Origin: Pseudomonadales bacterium
GTDB taxonomy: Bacteria; Pseudomonadota; Gammaproteobacteria; Pseudomonadales; Azotimanducaceae
Direction: 5' to 3'
DNA: 64,000 bases
Assembly: GCA_965199815.1 (NCBI GenBank)
Contig: CBDATE010000010.1
Location: forward strand, 26,384 to 90,383
Made by a program: the position numbers and the translations under genes. Under the pieces are notes generated by a model. That model worked only from the letters and a program-made list of their open reading frames with translations. It was not told the DNA's origin and searched no databases. Shown in pieces: positions 26,268 to 37,900 of the stretch; within the stretch, counting starts at the first letter, position 1, and each line of letters begins with the position of its first letter.

Positions 26268-28292
26268 TCACACCAACAGTGGGGCAATGACCAGAGAGAC
26301 AATGGCCATCACGTTGATGAGAATGTTCATGCTCGGCCCGGAGGTGTCCTTGAACGGGTCACCGACCGTATCGCCCACCACGGTGGCGGCATGGGTGTCC
26401 GAACCCTTGCCGCCAAGATGACCCTTCTCCACATACTTCTTGGCGTTATCCCAGGCACCGCCAGCATTCGCCATAGTCAGCGCGAGCAACACGCAGCCGA
26501 GCAATCCGCCACCAAGCGCGCCACCTAGCGCCTCCGGGCCTATACCGAACCCGACCGCCGGTGGCACACCCACGGCGATCACGCCCGGAATAATCATGCG
26601 ACGCAAGGCTGCTTGCGTGGCAATATCGATACAGCGCGCGGTATCCGGCTTCCCCGTGCCCTCGAGCAGGCCGGGAATCTCACGAAACTGGCGACGAATT
26701 TCGTTCACCATATCCATGGCCGCATCGCCGACTGAAGTCATGGTCAATGACGCAATGAGAAATGGTGTGATGCCCCCGATAAAGAGCCCGATGAGCACCT
26801 TGGGGTCACCCAGGTGCAACGAAAATTCACCCTGTATGTTGCTGATGGTTTCAACATAGGCCGTGATGATGGCCAGCGCAGCCAGCGCAGCTGCTCCTAT
26901 GGCGAAGCCCTTGCCGAGCGCGGCGGTGGTGTTGCCCACTTCGTCGAGTGAATCCGTGATCTTGCGCGTCTCTTCCCCAAGCCCGCCCATCTCGGCAATG
27001 CCGCCGGCGTTATCAGCCACGGGCCCGTAGGCATCCACCGCCATGGTCATGCCCACAGTGGCAAGCAAGCCGACGGCGGCGATGCCAACGCCATAAAGCC
27101 CCGCCAGTTCCGTCGAAACCCAGATGATGGCGCATATGGTCAACAGTGGTACGACGACTGACTGCATGCCGTTGGCAAGACCGGTGATCATGACGGTGGC
27201 GGAACCCGTCTGGCCCGCCTCGGCGATCTTGCGAATGGGTTTCGCCGAGGTGTAATACTCGGTGACCAGTCCGATGATGACACCGCCCACGGAGCCGAGC
27301 AGCACTGCCTGCCAAACCGAGGCGCTGGCATTGCTCAGATCCACAACGAACCAGGCCGCAACAAGGAAGATGACGGGAGTGCCTACCATGCCGATCCTGA
27401 GCGCCTTGGCGGGATTTGCCGACGAGAACGCGCGCACCAGAGCGATGCCCAGCACCGAACAGACGAGCCCCACCGAAGCGAGCATGAGCGGCAGAAACAT
27501 GAGTATTTCCTTGCCCCTGTACTCGCCAAGGCCGGGGGCGATAGTTTCCACCGTCGCTGCACTCAAGGTTGCAGCGATAGCGATAGTGGCAATCATGGAG
27601 CCGCAGTAGGACTCGAAGATATCCGAACCCATGCCGGCCACATCTCCGACGTTATCGCCGACATTGTCGGCAATCACACCCGGGTTGCGCGGGTCGTCCT
27701 CGGGAATACCGGCTTCGATCTTGCCAACCAGATCCGCGCCCACATCGGCACTCTTGGTATAAATGCCGCCGCCGACGCGCGAAAAGAGCGCTACCACCGA
27801 AGCTCCCATGCCGAAGCCGTGAATGTTCTCGGCAGTGTGCGGGTCTCCACCAAAAAACAGGTACACCGCACCCAGACCGAGCAGGCCCAGAGCGGCAACG
27901 GCGAGCCCCATGATGGAGCCGCCAAAGAAGGCGACGGACAGTGCGTCCGACATGCCTCGGGTGTGCGCCGCTGTGGTGGTACGCACATTCGCGCGCGTTG
28001 CGGTGTACATCCCCAGCCAGCCAGCCAGTGCCGACGAAAGCGCCCCGGCAAGGAATGCCAGTGCCGTTTCCGGACCCAGAGACCACCACAGGATACCCAG
28101 AAGGATGGCCGCGAATATGGCGAGATTCAGATACTCCCGGCGCATGAACACCATGGCGCCTTGATGAATCGTCTCGGCGATGTCCTGCAATGCCTGCTCT
28201 CCGGCTGGATAGCGTCGCACGAGAAAATAGATGACCCCCGCAACTGCGAGGCCAAACGCACCGACAAGGGGCGGAACTAGTTCTATCTGCAT
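26268..28292 (-). CDS. hppA: Membrane-bound proton-translocating pyrophosphatase
   Basis: The 674-aa part of the 944-aa track ORF begins at [19 protein letters not shown]. The motifs are [42 protein letters not shown] and [13 protein letters not shown]. Confidence 0.9.
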   Translation of the reverse strand: MQIELVPPLVGAFGLAVAGVIYFLVRRYPAGEQALQDIAETIHQGAMVFMRREYLNLAIFAAILLGILWWSLGPETALAFLAGALSSALAGWLGMYTATRANVRTTTAAHTRGMSDALSVAFFGGSIMGLAVAALGLLGLGAVYLFFGGDPHTAENIHGFGMGASVVALFSRVGGGIYTKSADVGADLVGKIEAGIPEDDPRNPGVIADNVGDNVGDVAGMGSDIFESYCGSMIATIAIAATLSAATVETIAPGLGEYRGKEILMFLPLMLASVGLVCSVLGIALVRAFSSANPAKALRIGMVGTPVIFLVAAWFVVDLSNASASVWQAVLLGSVGGVIIGLVTEYYTSAKPIRKIAEAGQTGSATVMITGLANGMQSVVVPLLTICAIIWVSTELAGLYGVGIAAVGLLATVGMTMAVDAYGPVADNAGGIAEMGGLGEETRKITDSLDEVGNTTAALGKGFAIGAAALAALAIITAYVETISNIQGEFSLHLGDPKVLIGLFIGGITPFLIASLTMTSVGDAAMDMVNEIRRQFREIPGLLEGTGKPDTARCIDIATQAALRRMIIPGVIAVGVPPAVGFGIGPEALGGALGGGLLGCVLLALTMANAGGAWDNAKKYVEKGHLGGKGSDTHAATVVGDTVGDPFKDTSGPSMNILINVMAIVSLVIAPLLV

Positions 28293-28379
28293 GGTTGTGA
28301 TCACCGTGAAAGTGCTGGCGAGTCCGCCAGGGTCAGGTGGAATGGGAAAATGAATAGCCCGCAATTTTAGCATGAGGAC

Positions 28380-29440
28380 AGAGGCGAACTCCGAACGGGG
28401 AGCTCGTTCACTAGATATGAGACCGAGGGGCGGGCGCGGAAAGGGAGGATACGGCGACGGGGTTTCCTGATCGAGGGACATATGGGGCCGGATGTTGTTG
28501 TATCCGTACCTGGCGAACGACTTCGGCGACGGTGAGTTCGCCGCCGAATCCGCCCCGGAATTCGATACGAGATGTTCGACACAGCCGTTGAGCGCGTGGC
28601 GGGAGGACGAAGAGCGGGAGTTTGTTGTGTTGGCAGGCTCGTTCGAACTCGGCCATGAACTCGGAGCCGGCTGAAGGGATTTGATCCACGAGTAGTCATC
28701 GAGCAGGGCGTTGAGGAAGCGGCGAGCGTTGTAAGCGGTGGCGGACGTGAAGACGCGGCAGAACATGATCTTGGTACTTGGGCAGACGGCCGGAACTCCT
28801 TGAGTGTTTTGCCGTCGCGGGAGATGGACATGTGGTCGATACAGACGAGTTGGCCGGGTGTGGAGGCGCGCATACCGGAGGGGAGGCGCTTGGCGTGGCC
28901 GTGGGCGAAGTTGCGACGCTTCTTGGGTTTGGTACGACCGCGGAGGAAGGCGCAGGGGCGTATATGGCCGAGTGCAATGCCTTTCTTCAAGATGCGCCCG
29001 ATAGTGGACTCGCTCAGGAGGGTACCTTGATGGGCGAGCACGATGTGCAGCCTGGCCTTTCCCATAGACTTTTCCTACATAAGAGGGGAACTTGCGACGC
29101 ATGTTCCAGACTGCCCACGCGGTATCGCGTGTCCACTCGTGTCCCCGGGACGAGCGCGGCTTCCTGCTCTTTGCGGCGAGTGCGCGGACTCCGCCATCCC
29201 GGTAGCGTTTCTTCCAGCGGTCCAGCTGTGGAGAGTCGCCCTCGACCAGCCGATAGCATCAAGTGGTGGCCTCGGAGCAGCCTTCGGAGCGAATCGGAGG
29301 TACATCCCGGATCGGTCGAAGGCATCCGCGTGACTTCGTCAAATTTTCTCTTGGAGTAAAATTGCATCGTTCGGTACCCTTTCGGTTGTAAAAAAGAAGT
29401 CAGTATCCGAACCGTCGCCCGGATGCTGCGTGTGCGTGGC
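28380..29440 (-). mobile_element. Decayed IS transposase (HTH + rve/DDE integrase core) scattered over three reading frames
   Basis: Fragments appear in different minus-strand frames. These are ...[11 protein letters not shown]; [29 protein letters not shown]...[11 protein letters not shown]...GKTLKEF; [25 protein letters not shown]; [25 protein letters not shown]; and [15 protein letters not shown] (the rve C-terminal YNxxRPHxxL pattern). I identified no terminal inverted repeats. Confidence 0.65.
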
Positions 29441-29648
29441 ATCCGGGGGTACCGGCGCAGATGAATCGCTGCGCCCCTTATTGGACAGGATCGTTCAAGG
29501 AGTCCTCGTCGAGATGAGGTGTGGTTTGGGTCAGGGCTCGAGAATCAGGTGACGCAGAGTGATGGATTTGGGCCGGGTACTCTTGCCGAGGGGCTGTGTG
29601 AAGTCAGGAAGGAGTGAGGTGGTCGGGAACGCTGCGGGGGGCGGCGAG

Positions 29649-29678
29649 TCATGGCCGGAAGCGAACTTCCGGCCATGA
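29649..29678. other. 13-bp-stem perfect hairpin in the spacer downstream of res
   Basis: TCATGGCCGGAAG-cgaa-CTTCCGGCCATGA. There is no flanking T/U tract on either strand, so it is not a canonical intrinsic terminator. Confidence 0.6.
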
Positions 29679-29792
29679 ATGACCGGCGTATAACTGCCAG
29701 TTTTCAGGGCACTCCCTGAAAGAAATCAATCAATCCTTACCCAGGCTCCGCATCTGTTTGGACTAGTACAAACGGGGAGCTGGTCAAGGCAG

Positions 29793-29819
29793 GGGAAACT
29801 CTGAATAACAGAGGTTTCC
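29793..29819. repeat. Partial copy of the REP-like terminal hairpin (GGAAACTCTG-aataa-CAGAGGTTTCC)
   Basis: It matches the hairpin at 3179-3205 in opposite orientation (loop aataa vs ttatt) and the one at 38617-38645. It abuts the res stop codon at 29819-29821. Confidence 0.7.
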
Positions 29820-32374
29820 TATGCCCCCAGCGCTGCATTCAGTTGCCGTTGCCAGGCATCCTCATCCACCACCCTGAAACTCACCACCTTGTTGCGCATG
29901 GCGGGCACGAATTCCGCCCAGTCGGCCCTGCGGGCATGCTCGCTACACAGATCGAACACGGAGCGCTTGTATTCCGTGTTGGCCGATTGCCCGAGATGCA
30001 GCCCCTTGGTCTCCAGAACATACACCCGATGGAAGGCATCGCTGGAATTTTCCTCATCGGGTCTCAAGGTGACGATGAAATCTGCGTAGATGCGGCCTCG
30101 CTGCCAACCCTGAACGTAGTAATCCTTGCGGGCGCGGTTGCGGTACCAGAAGAACAGGCGCTCCTGACGGTCCAGATAAGTGGCCACCTTGCTCTCCAAG
30201 TCGTTCAGGTCATCCTCCGCGGTCCAGTCGAACAGGCTGCGCTGGTAGGGGGTGCCGTCCTCGCGATTGGCTTGCTTGGCCGGTGGCACTTCGATGGCGG
30301 CGGGCAGTCGATGGAAGCTCAAGTCGTCCATCACCACCATGAAACGCATCAGACCGGAATCGAGCAACTCGCCGAACACGCGCTCGGCGAGGCGGTCACG
30401 TTCTGCGCCAAGTCGCTTGCGCATTTCTTCCAGTATGAAGAGTGCGTTCGCCGCCACCTGCTGTTTGGAGTGTCTTTCCAGCAGCTTCCCGAACACACGG
30501 CGAGCCAGATCATGGCCCCGCCACGGATTGGGCATGACATCGAGCAAGTGGTGCGCCGCAAAGTAGAAATCCATCCCGTCACCCCTGGTGACCGGGCTTT
30601 CAATCCTGTCCGGCTCAGCGAGCAGAGGTTCCCGAGCCAGGCCCGCCCGCAGTGCCAACTCGCGGCGCTCGCCGTGTTCCAGAGGAAGGTCGTACAGCGG
30701 AGACACATCCACCTCGTCCCAAGGCACCTTCGAGAGAATGTCCGCCTCGTAGTACACGAGCCGCCACTTGCCCTGGTCCTGAATCATGAAGGCTGGCAGC
30801 ACAAGGTCCCGGGCCGCTTGTCCAAGGGGCTGGCGCGGCTCATGCCGAACGAGGCCGGCTGGCCGGGCGGAGGCATCCTCGTCCAACTCGATATGTCCCT
30901 CCAGGCCATGCAGACCCTCGAGACCAAATCCCTTGCGTACATCCTTCAGCAGATCGTTGCCGCGGCGATGGAAGCAGAAGACATAGCTTTCATCCAGCGA
31001 GCGGACATGGGTCTTGCGGGCAGCTGGCTGCCGCAGAATTCGGCCAACCAGCTGCGTGAGGGCGTTGCGGGAACCGGGGTTGGTCAACAGGCACAGGACA
31101 TAGGCAAACGCGCAATCCCACCCCTCCTGCAGCGCCTGCCTGGTGATGATGTAGCGAATCGGACAATCACGAGACATCAATCCGCCGACTTCGTCCACAT
31201 CCTTCAGTTCATCGCGTTGGCTGGTCTTGACGGCGATGTGCTCGCGCCGGATGCCCGGTACCCTGATCAGGTACTCGCGCACATCCTCCGCATGAATCAA
31301 GCCTGCCTGTCGCTGCTCGCGCCCGGTGCGCTCGACCTGAATCACACAGATTGGCCTGATGTAGTGCCCGCTCGCTGCTTCATAGGTACGCGCTTCTTCT
31401 TCAAGATAGTCGCGATGGGTGAGCGCGGCAAGCAGGGTCTGACGCCAATCAACATTGGCACTGTTGCGGATGTGCAGGTCGAGCTTGATCATCTCTTCGG
31501 ACAGGAGGTCGCGCCCCGACACTTCCACCAGTATGTTGGCAGTCTCGGGCGGCGTGGCGGACAGCTCGACGATCATGCAGGGGTTGAACCCCTCGAGCGT
31601 CGCCTTGGCACCGGGGCTGTACGCCTTGTGCCCCTCATCAAGAATGATGAGGGGCTGCAACAGGCGCAGGGTGTTGCCGAGCGAGGTCTTGATTTGACGC
31701 TCCCAAAGACCCGCGCCGCCAGCACCGCCATCGCCGCCAGCACCGCCATCAAAGGTGTCGAGATTGGGCACCTCTTCCAGCAGTTGTCGCTGCCCCGCCA
31801 AGTCGTCATCGTCCGGAAAGAAGCGCTCGAAGCCGGCGCTGTCGCGAAACATCCGCAAGGTTTCCTTGGTCATGCGATTGGCTGACGGCAGCATGAGCAT
31901 CAACACACACAGATTCTCGCGCACATCAGCAGGATTGAAGCGGCTGTTCTTTTCCAGCACCAGGGTTCGGCCAGCAGAAGCCAGATCAAGTTGCTGTCGG
32001 TAGGGATGGTCGCGGTCCTTCAGGGCACCCAGGGTTTGACGGTAGATCTGCGTTGTCGGAACAACCCACAACACCAGCCCGGTCTGACGGCGCAGGTAGT
32101 GAATGTTCACCAGATCAATGACCTTGATCGCAAGCAGTGTTTTGCCCCCGCCGGTCGGGATCTCGAGGCAGAAAGATGGCAGCGGTCGGCCCAGAGCGTC
32201 ACGACGTGACTGATAGGGACGCCCGGGTACAGCCTTCAGCCAGGTACTTCGCGCCCAATCGTAATCCGGGTCCACTTCCAGCAAAGGCAGCGCTTTTTCG
32301 CGCCACTCCCGCAATCGCTCAAGGTAGTTCTGAACGGTCTCCAGAGCGCGCTTCTGGAAGTCCTTGAGGATCAT
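29819..32374 (-). CDS. res: Type III restriction enzyme, Res subunit (SF2 helicase + C-terminal PD-(D/E)xK)
   Basis: The motifs are CLEIPTGGGKTLLA (motif I) and LIILDEGHKAYS (motif II), with C-terminal YADFIV...VYVLETKG. Its start overlaps the mod stop (ATGA at 32371-32374). Confidence 0.85.
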   Translation of the reverse strand: MILKDFQKRALETVQNYLERLREWREKALPLLEVDPDYDWARSTWLKAVPGRPYQSRRDALGRPLPSFCLEIPTGGGKTLLAIKVIDLVNIHYLRRQTGLVLWVVPTTQIYRQTLGALKDRDHPYRQQLDLASAGRTLVLEKNSRFNPADVRENLCVLMLMLPSANRMTKETLRMFRDSAGFERFFPDDDDLAGQRQLLEEVPNLDTFDGGAGGDGGAGGAGLWERQIKTSLGNTLRLLQPLIILDEGHKAYSPGAKATLEGFNPCMIVELSATPPETANILVEVSGRDLLSEEMIKLDLHIRNSANVDWRQTLLAALTHRDYLEEEARTYEAASGHYIRPICVIQVERTGREQRQAGLIHAEDVREYLIRVPGIRREHIAVKTSQRDELKDVDEVGGLMSRDCPIRYIITRQALQEGWDCAFAYVLCLLTNPGSRNALTQLVGRILRQPAARKTHVRSLDESYVFCFHRRGNDLLKDVRKGFGLEGLHGLEGHIELDEDASARPAGLVRHEPRQPLGQAARDLVLPAFMIQDQGKWRLVYYEADILSKVPWDEVDVSPLYDLPLEHGERRELALRAGLAREPLLAEPDRIESPVTRGDGMDFYFAAHHLLDVMPNPWRGHDLARRVFGKLLERHSKQQVAANALFILEEMRKRLGAERDRLAERVFGELLDSGLMRFMVVMDDLSFHRLPAAIEVPPAKQANREDGTPYQRSLFDWTAEDDLNDLESKVATYLDRQERLFFWYRNRARKDYYVQGWQRGRIYADFIVTLRPDEENSSDAFHRVYVLETKGLHLGQSANTEYKRSVFDLCSEHARRADWAEFVPAMRNKVVSFRVVDEDAWQRQLNAALGA

Positions 32375-34026
32375 GGCGCAAGGGTCTCCACTGCCTCGTA
32401 AATCTCGAACGGCAGCTGCTGGAAGACGATGCGGTAATAATGCAGAAAATCCGGGTCCATGTACTTGGTAGGGGCAAACACCAGCTTGAGCCGATCACCT
32501 TTCGGCAGCTTCCTGGCCACTGGCAGCGACAATGCGAGGTTCTTGAGCGCCTCGACATCATCGGCATAGATCAGGAAGAGATCGTAGAGTTTGCTGCGGC
32601 CGATGAACCAGGTGGATTCATCGACTTGCGTCGGGTCGAACTCCTCGCCGGTAGCGGTGAAGAAGATATAACTCGCGAGCTTTTCGTAGTCGGGCAAGCT
32701 GGTGCCGTCGAGGATGGCTTGGCGGCGCATGGGTTCGCCGAGCTTGAAGTAACTGAAGGTGCCGCCCAGCCCGGCCTTGAGCAGGGGATCCCTGGCGGTT
32801 GGCACACCCTGAATCACGCGACGCACACGCTCCGCGGTGATGTTGTCCGCGTAGTCCTCGCATTCGATGAGCACAAAGCGCCGGTTGCCGCCATCCTCCT
32901 TGTTGAGCGCCAGCACCGCGTGGGCGGTGGTGCCGGAACCGGCGAAGGAGTCAAGGATGATGGAGTCCTTGTCGGTGGCGATCTCGAGGATGCGCTTGAT
33001 TAATCTGGTTGGCTTTACCGTATTGAAAACATCTTCCGACTTTTGAAATTCCAACGCCGCCACAAGTTCCTTCTTCGCTTCCTGAGTGTGTCCAACATCT
33101 TTGTGAGGCCAGAGCGTCTGGGGCACGACTCCGCCGCGCACATCCGACAAGTAGCGCTTGAGGCGCGGCATGCTGTTATCCTTCGCTCCCCACCAAATGC
33201 GACCGTCGTGATCGAGTGCTTTGAACTTGCTTGCAGAGACTTGGAAGTACCTGCCTACTGAGGGTGAGAATGTCTTGCCGGAAGGGCTTTCAACCTCATA
33301 GGTACCCGCGCTGTAGTGGTTTCGGGCAGTGAGGTCGCTGGAAGACCAGGGGCCGCGCGGATCGTCATCGGGATTACTGTAGCGACGGTTGGCTCGTGCA
33401 CTTCGCTCCAGCAAGTTTGGCATCCAACTCTCTGCGTGTCGGGAATAGATCAAAATGTGATCATGATCTTCCGAAAAGTGCCTCGCAGAGTTTTTGGGTG
33501 AAAAGACCTTTTGCCAGACGATATTGGCAACGAAGTTCTCCTCCCCAAACACCTCATCCATCAGGCATCGCAGCCGATGCGCTTCGTTGTCGTCAATGGT
33601 GATGAAGATGGCTCCGTCGTCGGTGAGCAGTTCCCGCAACAGCTTCAAGCGTGGCAGCATCATGCAGCACCACTTGTCATGTCGGGTCAGATCATCCCGG
33701 TCCACCACCTTGCCGAGCCAGTCCTGCATCATGGGTGAGTTCACCCGGTCGTTGTAGGCCCAGCCCTCATTGCCCGTGTTGTAGGGCGGATCAATGAAGA
33801 TGCACTTCACCTTGCGGTGATGGGTTGGCAGCAGCGCCTTCAGCGCCGCAAGGTTATCGCCGTGGATAATGAGATTGTCGTGCAGGCTGGCCTTCTCGGA
33901 CAGACCCTTGGCCTTGACCGGCGTGAGTTGGTGATAAGGCACCACCAAGTGGTAGTTCTCGACAAAAACCTTGCCTTTGAAGCCGAGGCTGGTCACGCAC
34001 CGATTGTCCCTGAATTTGCCCATCAT
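32371..34026 (-). CDS. mod: Type III DNA methyltransferase, Mod subunit (beta-class N6A/N4C MTase)
   Basis: CIFIDPPYNTGNEGWAYND (motif IV, DPPY) precedes ILDSFAGSGTTAHA (motif I). This order is typical of Type III Mod. The start is among the Met codons at 34041/34026/34023. Confidence 0.85.
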   Translation of the reverse strand: MMGKFRDNRCVTSLGFKGKVFVENYHLVVPYHQLTPVKAKGLSEKASLHDNLIIHGDNLAALKALLPTHHRKVKCIFIDPPYNTGNEGWAYNDRVNSPMMQDWLGKVVDRDDLTRHDKWCCMMLPRLKLLRELLTDDGAIFITIDDNEAHRLRCLMDEVFGEENFVANIVWQKVFSPKNSARHFSEDHDHILIYSRHAESWMPNLLERSARANRRYSNPDDDPRGPWSSSDLTARNHYSAGTYEVESPSGKTFSPSVGRYFQVSASKFKALDHDGRIWWGAKDNSMPRLKRYLSDVRGGVVPQTLWPHKDVGHTQEAKKELVAALEFQKSEDVFNTVKPTRLIKRILEIATDKDSIILDSFAGSGTTAHAVLALNKEDGGNRRFVLIECEDYADNITAERVRRVIQGVPTARDPLLKAGLGGTFSYFKLGEPMRRQAILDGTSLPDYEKLASYIFFTATGEEFDPTQVDESTWFIGRSKLYDLFLIYADDVEALKNLALSLPVARKLPKGDRLKLVFAPTKYMDPDFLHYYRIVFQQLPFEIYEAVETLAP

Positions 34027-34123
34027 TAGACAGGAACGCAAAGCACGGAGTCAATGCGTTCGTGGTCGTTCACCGGTTTTGGGACGTAATGCCTCGCCCG
34101 CGGCGCGTCAGGGTTCTTCGTTT

Positions 34124-34322
34124 TTCCGCTGGCTCTCGCCCGCGTCCCCGAAGCCGCCTCCACCGGGGGTGTGCATGACGATGGCATCGCCCGCGTCAAG
34201 AAACACGCGCTCACAACCGCGCAGCGTCTCCACGCGCCCATCGGCGCGACGAAGCTGATTCACTCCGCGCGCCCCCGGGCTGTCCGCCCGCGAGTCCCGG
34301 CGGTGGTGTCTCGCGATGGCTG
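34124..34322. repeat. Non-coding duplicate of the last ~65 codons of the oxoprolinase gene (direct repeat copy A)
   Basis: It is near-identical to 34937-35135. By eye the differences are two 1-nt indels, TTCCGCTGG vs TTCCCGCTGG and C5 vs C4 in GCGCCCC(C)GGGC. Confidence 0.9.
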
Positions 34323-34840
34323 TTGGGCTTATGGGACAAATTTACGGTCAAATTGACCCATCGCGATTAGGCGAGGTTGAGAGGTATGTGCGGGTGTCGT
34401 TAGAGTACGGATCCAGACTACAATCAGGAAATGTGAAATCCGATACCATCATCAAACTCGTTGCTGGGTACCCGTCGCACGAATTTGTTATAGATCGAAC
34501 CGAAGCGCGAGAACTTTTCAATAGGATTGACAAGCCTACTGACGAGTTGGAAAGGCTCTGGGATACGCTTTCCAGTATCAAATCAAAAGCAATTCGATCC
34601 GGAGAGAGTTTCACACGTTGCCTCAGCAGGAACGAAATGACTCATGAACATGAATCTGAAGGAGATGCAAGTGAACCGAAATCCGCTGAAAAATCGGGAA
34701 CTACAACAAGAAAAGATAGCTCGAATGCGCAGTCAAATGACGGACAAGTACGATCCAAACCTGCCAAAAAGCGACATACACTCCCTTCGGACGCTCAAAA
34801 CACCAACTGCAAAAGAGGTGATCAGAGCAGGGTAGCCTGA
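34316..34840 (+). CDS. Hypothetical protein, possibly a 5'-truncated gene remnant
   Basis: 174-aa ORF in a ~47% GC segment. Its ATG lies in the last bases of repeat copy A, so the N-terminus is probably fortuitous. The C-terminal third is low-complexity and basic/Ser-rich. I recognised no family. Confidence 0.3.
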   Translation: MAVGLMGQIYGQIDPSRLGEVERYVRVSLEYGSRLQSGNVKSDTIIKLVAGYPSHEFVIDRTEARELFNRIDKPTDELERLWDTLSSIKSKAIRSGESFTRCLSRNEMTHEHESEGDASEPKSAEKSGTTTRKDSSNAQSNDGQVRSKPAKKRHTLPSDAQNTNCKRGDQSRVA

Positions 34841-34927
34841 AGATGTGATTCCGATTCGCTGGACAGTTCGGTGGCGAGAACGAGGCATACTCGGGTTGGT
34901 TTTGAAACCCCGGTAGCCTATTGCTGG

Positions 34928-37900
34928 CTACTCGCTTTCCCGCTGGCTCTCGCCCGCGTCCCCGAAGCCGCCTCCACCGGGGGTGTGCATGACGATGGCA
35001 TCGCCCGCGTCAAGAAACACGCGCTCACAACCGCGCAGCGTCTCCACGCGCCCATCGGCGCGACGAAGCTGATTCACTCCGCGCGCCCCGGGCTGTCCGC
35101 CCGCGAGTCCCGGCGGTGGTGTCTCGCGATGGCTGGTGAGCAGGTTGATTTCCATGGGACGCAGGAACTTCAGGATGCGCAGCACACCGTCGCCGCCACG
35201 AAACCTTCCCGCGCCACCCGAACCGCGGCGAATTTCAAACCGCTCGAGCAGCACTGGAAATCGAGATTCCAGCACTTCCGGATCCGTCAGGCGGGTGTTG
35301 GTCATGTGGCTGTGCACGGCATCGGTGCCATCAAACCCGCATCCCTGATTATCGATGCCGGCACCCGTACCGCCGCACAGGGTTTCGTAGTTCTGGCAGT
35401 GCACATCGCCCCAGATGAAGTTGTTCATGGTGCCCTGAGCAGCGGCGCTCACCTGCAGCGCGGCGAACAGGGCACTGGTCACGGCCTGACTCACCTCGGT
35501 ATTGCCGGCCACCACAGCGGCGGGGTACTCCGGGGAGAGCATGGAGCGCTCGGGAATCACCAGCTCGATGGGTTCGAGGCAGCCCGCATTCATCGGGATG
35601 TCCGCATCCACCAGAGTGCGAAAGCAGTAGAGCACCGCGGCGCGGGTGACCGGGCGCGGCGCATTGAAGTTGTCGCTCTGCTGCCCACTCGTGCCGGAGA
35701 AATCCACCGTCACTCGCTGTCGCTTGCTGTCCGGGCGAACAGCGACGCAAATGCGCCTGCCCGCATCAAGTTCGAGGCAGATACTGGCATCCCGCAATGC
35801 CTTGATAACGCCGCGAATGGATTCAGCAGCGTTTTCCTGCACATGGCGCATATAGGCTTGCACCACATCAAGGCCATACATATCCATCATGGACAGCAGC
35901 TGTTGTGCGCCCTTCGAGTTGGCGGCCGCCTGCGCCTTGAGGTCGGCCATGTTCTGCGCCACATTGCGTACCGGATACTGCGCGCGCGTGAGCAGGTCAC
36001 GCAGCGCCTGCTCCTGAAATTCGCCCCGGCGCACCATCTGAAAGCACTCGATCAACACACCTTCCTCGATAATGCTTCGCGCATCGACGGACGATGACCC
36101 CGGAGAGAGTCCGCCCACATCGGCATGATGGCCGCGGCTGGCGACGAAGAACAGCAGTTGCGTCCCGGTCTTGTCGAAGACGGGAGTTACCACCGTGATG
36201 TCCGGCAGATGAGTACCGCCGTCGTAGGGCGCATTGATGACGAATACATCGCCCGCCTCGAACCGGCCACGCCGTGACCTGATGATGCTCATCACGCTCC
36301 TGTCCATGGAGCCGAGGTGCACCGGCAGGTGCGGCGCGTTGGCTACCAGCGCCCCGCTGGCATTGAAGATGGCGCAGGAGAAGTCGAGTCGCTCCTTGAT
36401 GTTCACCGAGTCTGCGGTTGCCTGCAGAGTCACCCCCATCTGTTCGGCGATGGACATGAAGAGATTATTGAAGATTTCCAGCATGATCGGGTCGGCGCGC
36501 GTTGCCAGCAGCTTCCTCTTGGGCGAAGGCTCATGGCGCATGAGCAGCAGATGTCGCCGACTGGTCATTTCCGCGCTCCAGCCAGGCTCGACCACGATGG
36601 TGCCAATGGACTCGACGATCAGCGCCGGACCCTTCAATCGCTGCCCGGGAAGTATCTGTTCGCGCTTCACGACGGGCACATGATGCAACTGGTCGCCAGA
36701 AAAAAACTCGGCGTGTTCGTGCACTTGAATATCGCTGGTCTCGAGCGCCGCCTCGGGTTCGGATTCCATTTCGTCGGCAACAAGACTTTCCACCTCGATT
36801 GCCTCGATTACCAGGCGTTTGTCCGAGGACACGAAGCCGAACCTCGATCTGTGTTCCCGCTCGAAGGCTTCGCGCAGTTCGCGCTCGCCCGTCGCAGGGA
36901 CCACCAGTGCCGTATCGGTACCCTGATACCTCAGGTGTACCCGACGCTTGACGGTTATGCGCTCAATTTCCACACCCTGCACCGTCAGTTCTTCTCTGGT
37001 GCGCTCAATGAGAGACGTGAATCCTGCCGAGAGCTGGCGTTCCACATCCTGTGCAAGCACTTCTTCAATCGCCATCTGGCGATGCGCACCCAGGCTCGCA
37101 AGTCCCATCCCGTAGGCAGAGAGGACACCCGCAAGTGGATGCAAGAGCACGCGCTCCATACCCAGAGCATCCGCGACCAGGCAGGCGTGCTGACCACCGG
37201 CACCACCGAAGCAATTGAGCGTGTAGCGCGTGACATCGTAGCCGCGCTCGGTGGATACCTTTCTGATGGCGTTGGCCATGTTTTCGACGGCAATGCGCAC
37301 GAATCCTTCCGCCACCTGCTGTGCGCATCGCCCATCGCCGAGCCGGTTTGCGAGCGCCTGAAAGGCCTGCTGCACTGACCCCCGATCGAGCGGCTGCCGC
37401 CCGTCCGCGCCAAACAGATGCGGAAAGTGCTGCGGCAGCAACTTGCCGAGCATGAGGTTGGCATCGGTCAAGGCGAGTGGCCCCTGATTCCGATAGCACA
37501 TGGGTCCCGGGTGTGCACCGGCGGACGCAGGACCGACGCGGAAGCGCCTGCCGTCATAGGTGAGCAGTGAGCCGCCGCCGGCGGCGATGGTGTGTATGTG
37601 CATCATGGGTGCACGTACGCGCACACCGGAAACTTCCGTTTCAAAGGTGCGTTCAAACTCGCCCGCATGGTGGGAAATATCCGTCGAGGTGCCGCCCATG
37701 TCGAATCCGATAACCTGCTCACAGCCAGCCGCTCTCGATATCTCGGCCATGCCCACGACACCACCCGCCGGCCCCGAGAGAATGGCATCCTTGCCGGTGA
37801 AGAGGCGCGCATCGGTGAGGTCCCCGGAAGACATCATGAACCTGAGTTTCGGCATCCTGTGCTGCCCGCCGAGCGCGTTGATGATGCGCTGCACATAGCG

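Noticed and set aside
26268-29102. The 944-aa ORF as a single protein
   Set aside because: The N-terminal ~270 aa are out-of-context transposase fragments plus Arg/Pro-rich read-through. A bona fide H+-PPase begins at MQIELVPP (ATG at 28292) with normal length.
29843-31885. 680-aa + strand ORF
   Set aside because: It is antisense to the Type III res gene, which has clear helicase motifs. The composition is typical of the shadow frame of a high-GC gene, and I recognised no motif.
34871-37378. 408-aa and 353-aa + strand ORFs
   Set aside because: They are antisense to the 1241-aa hydantoinase/oxoprolinase gene. They are shadow ORFs.
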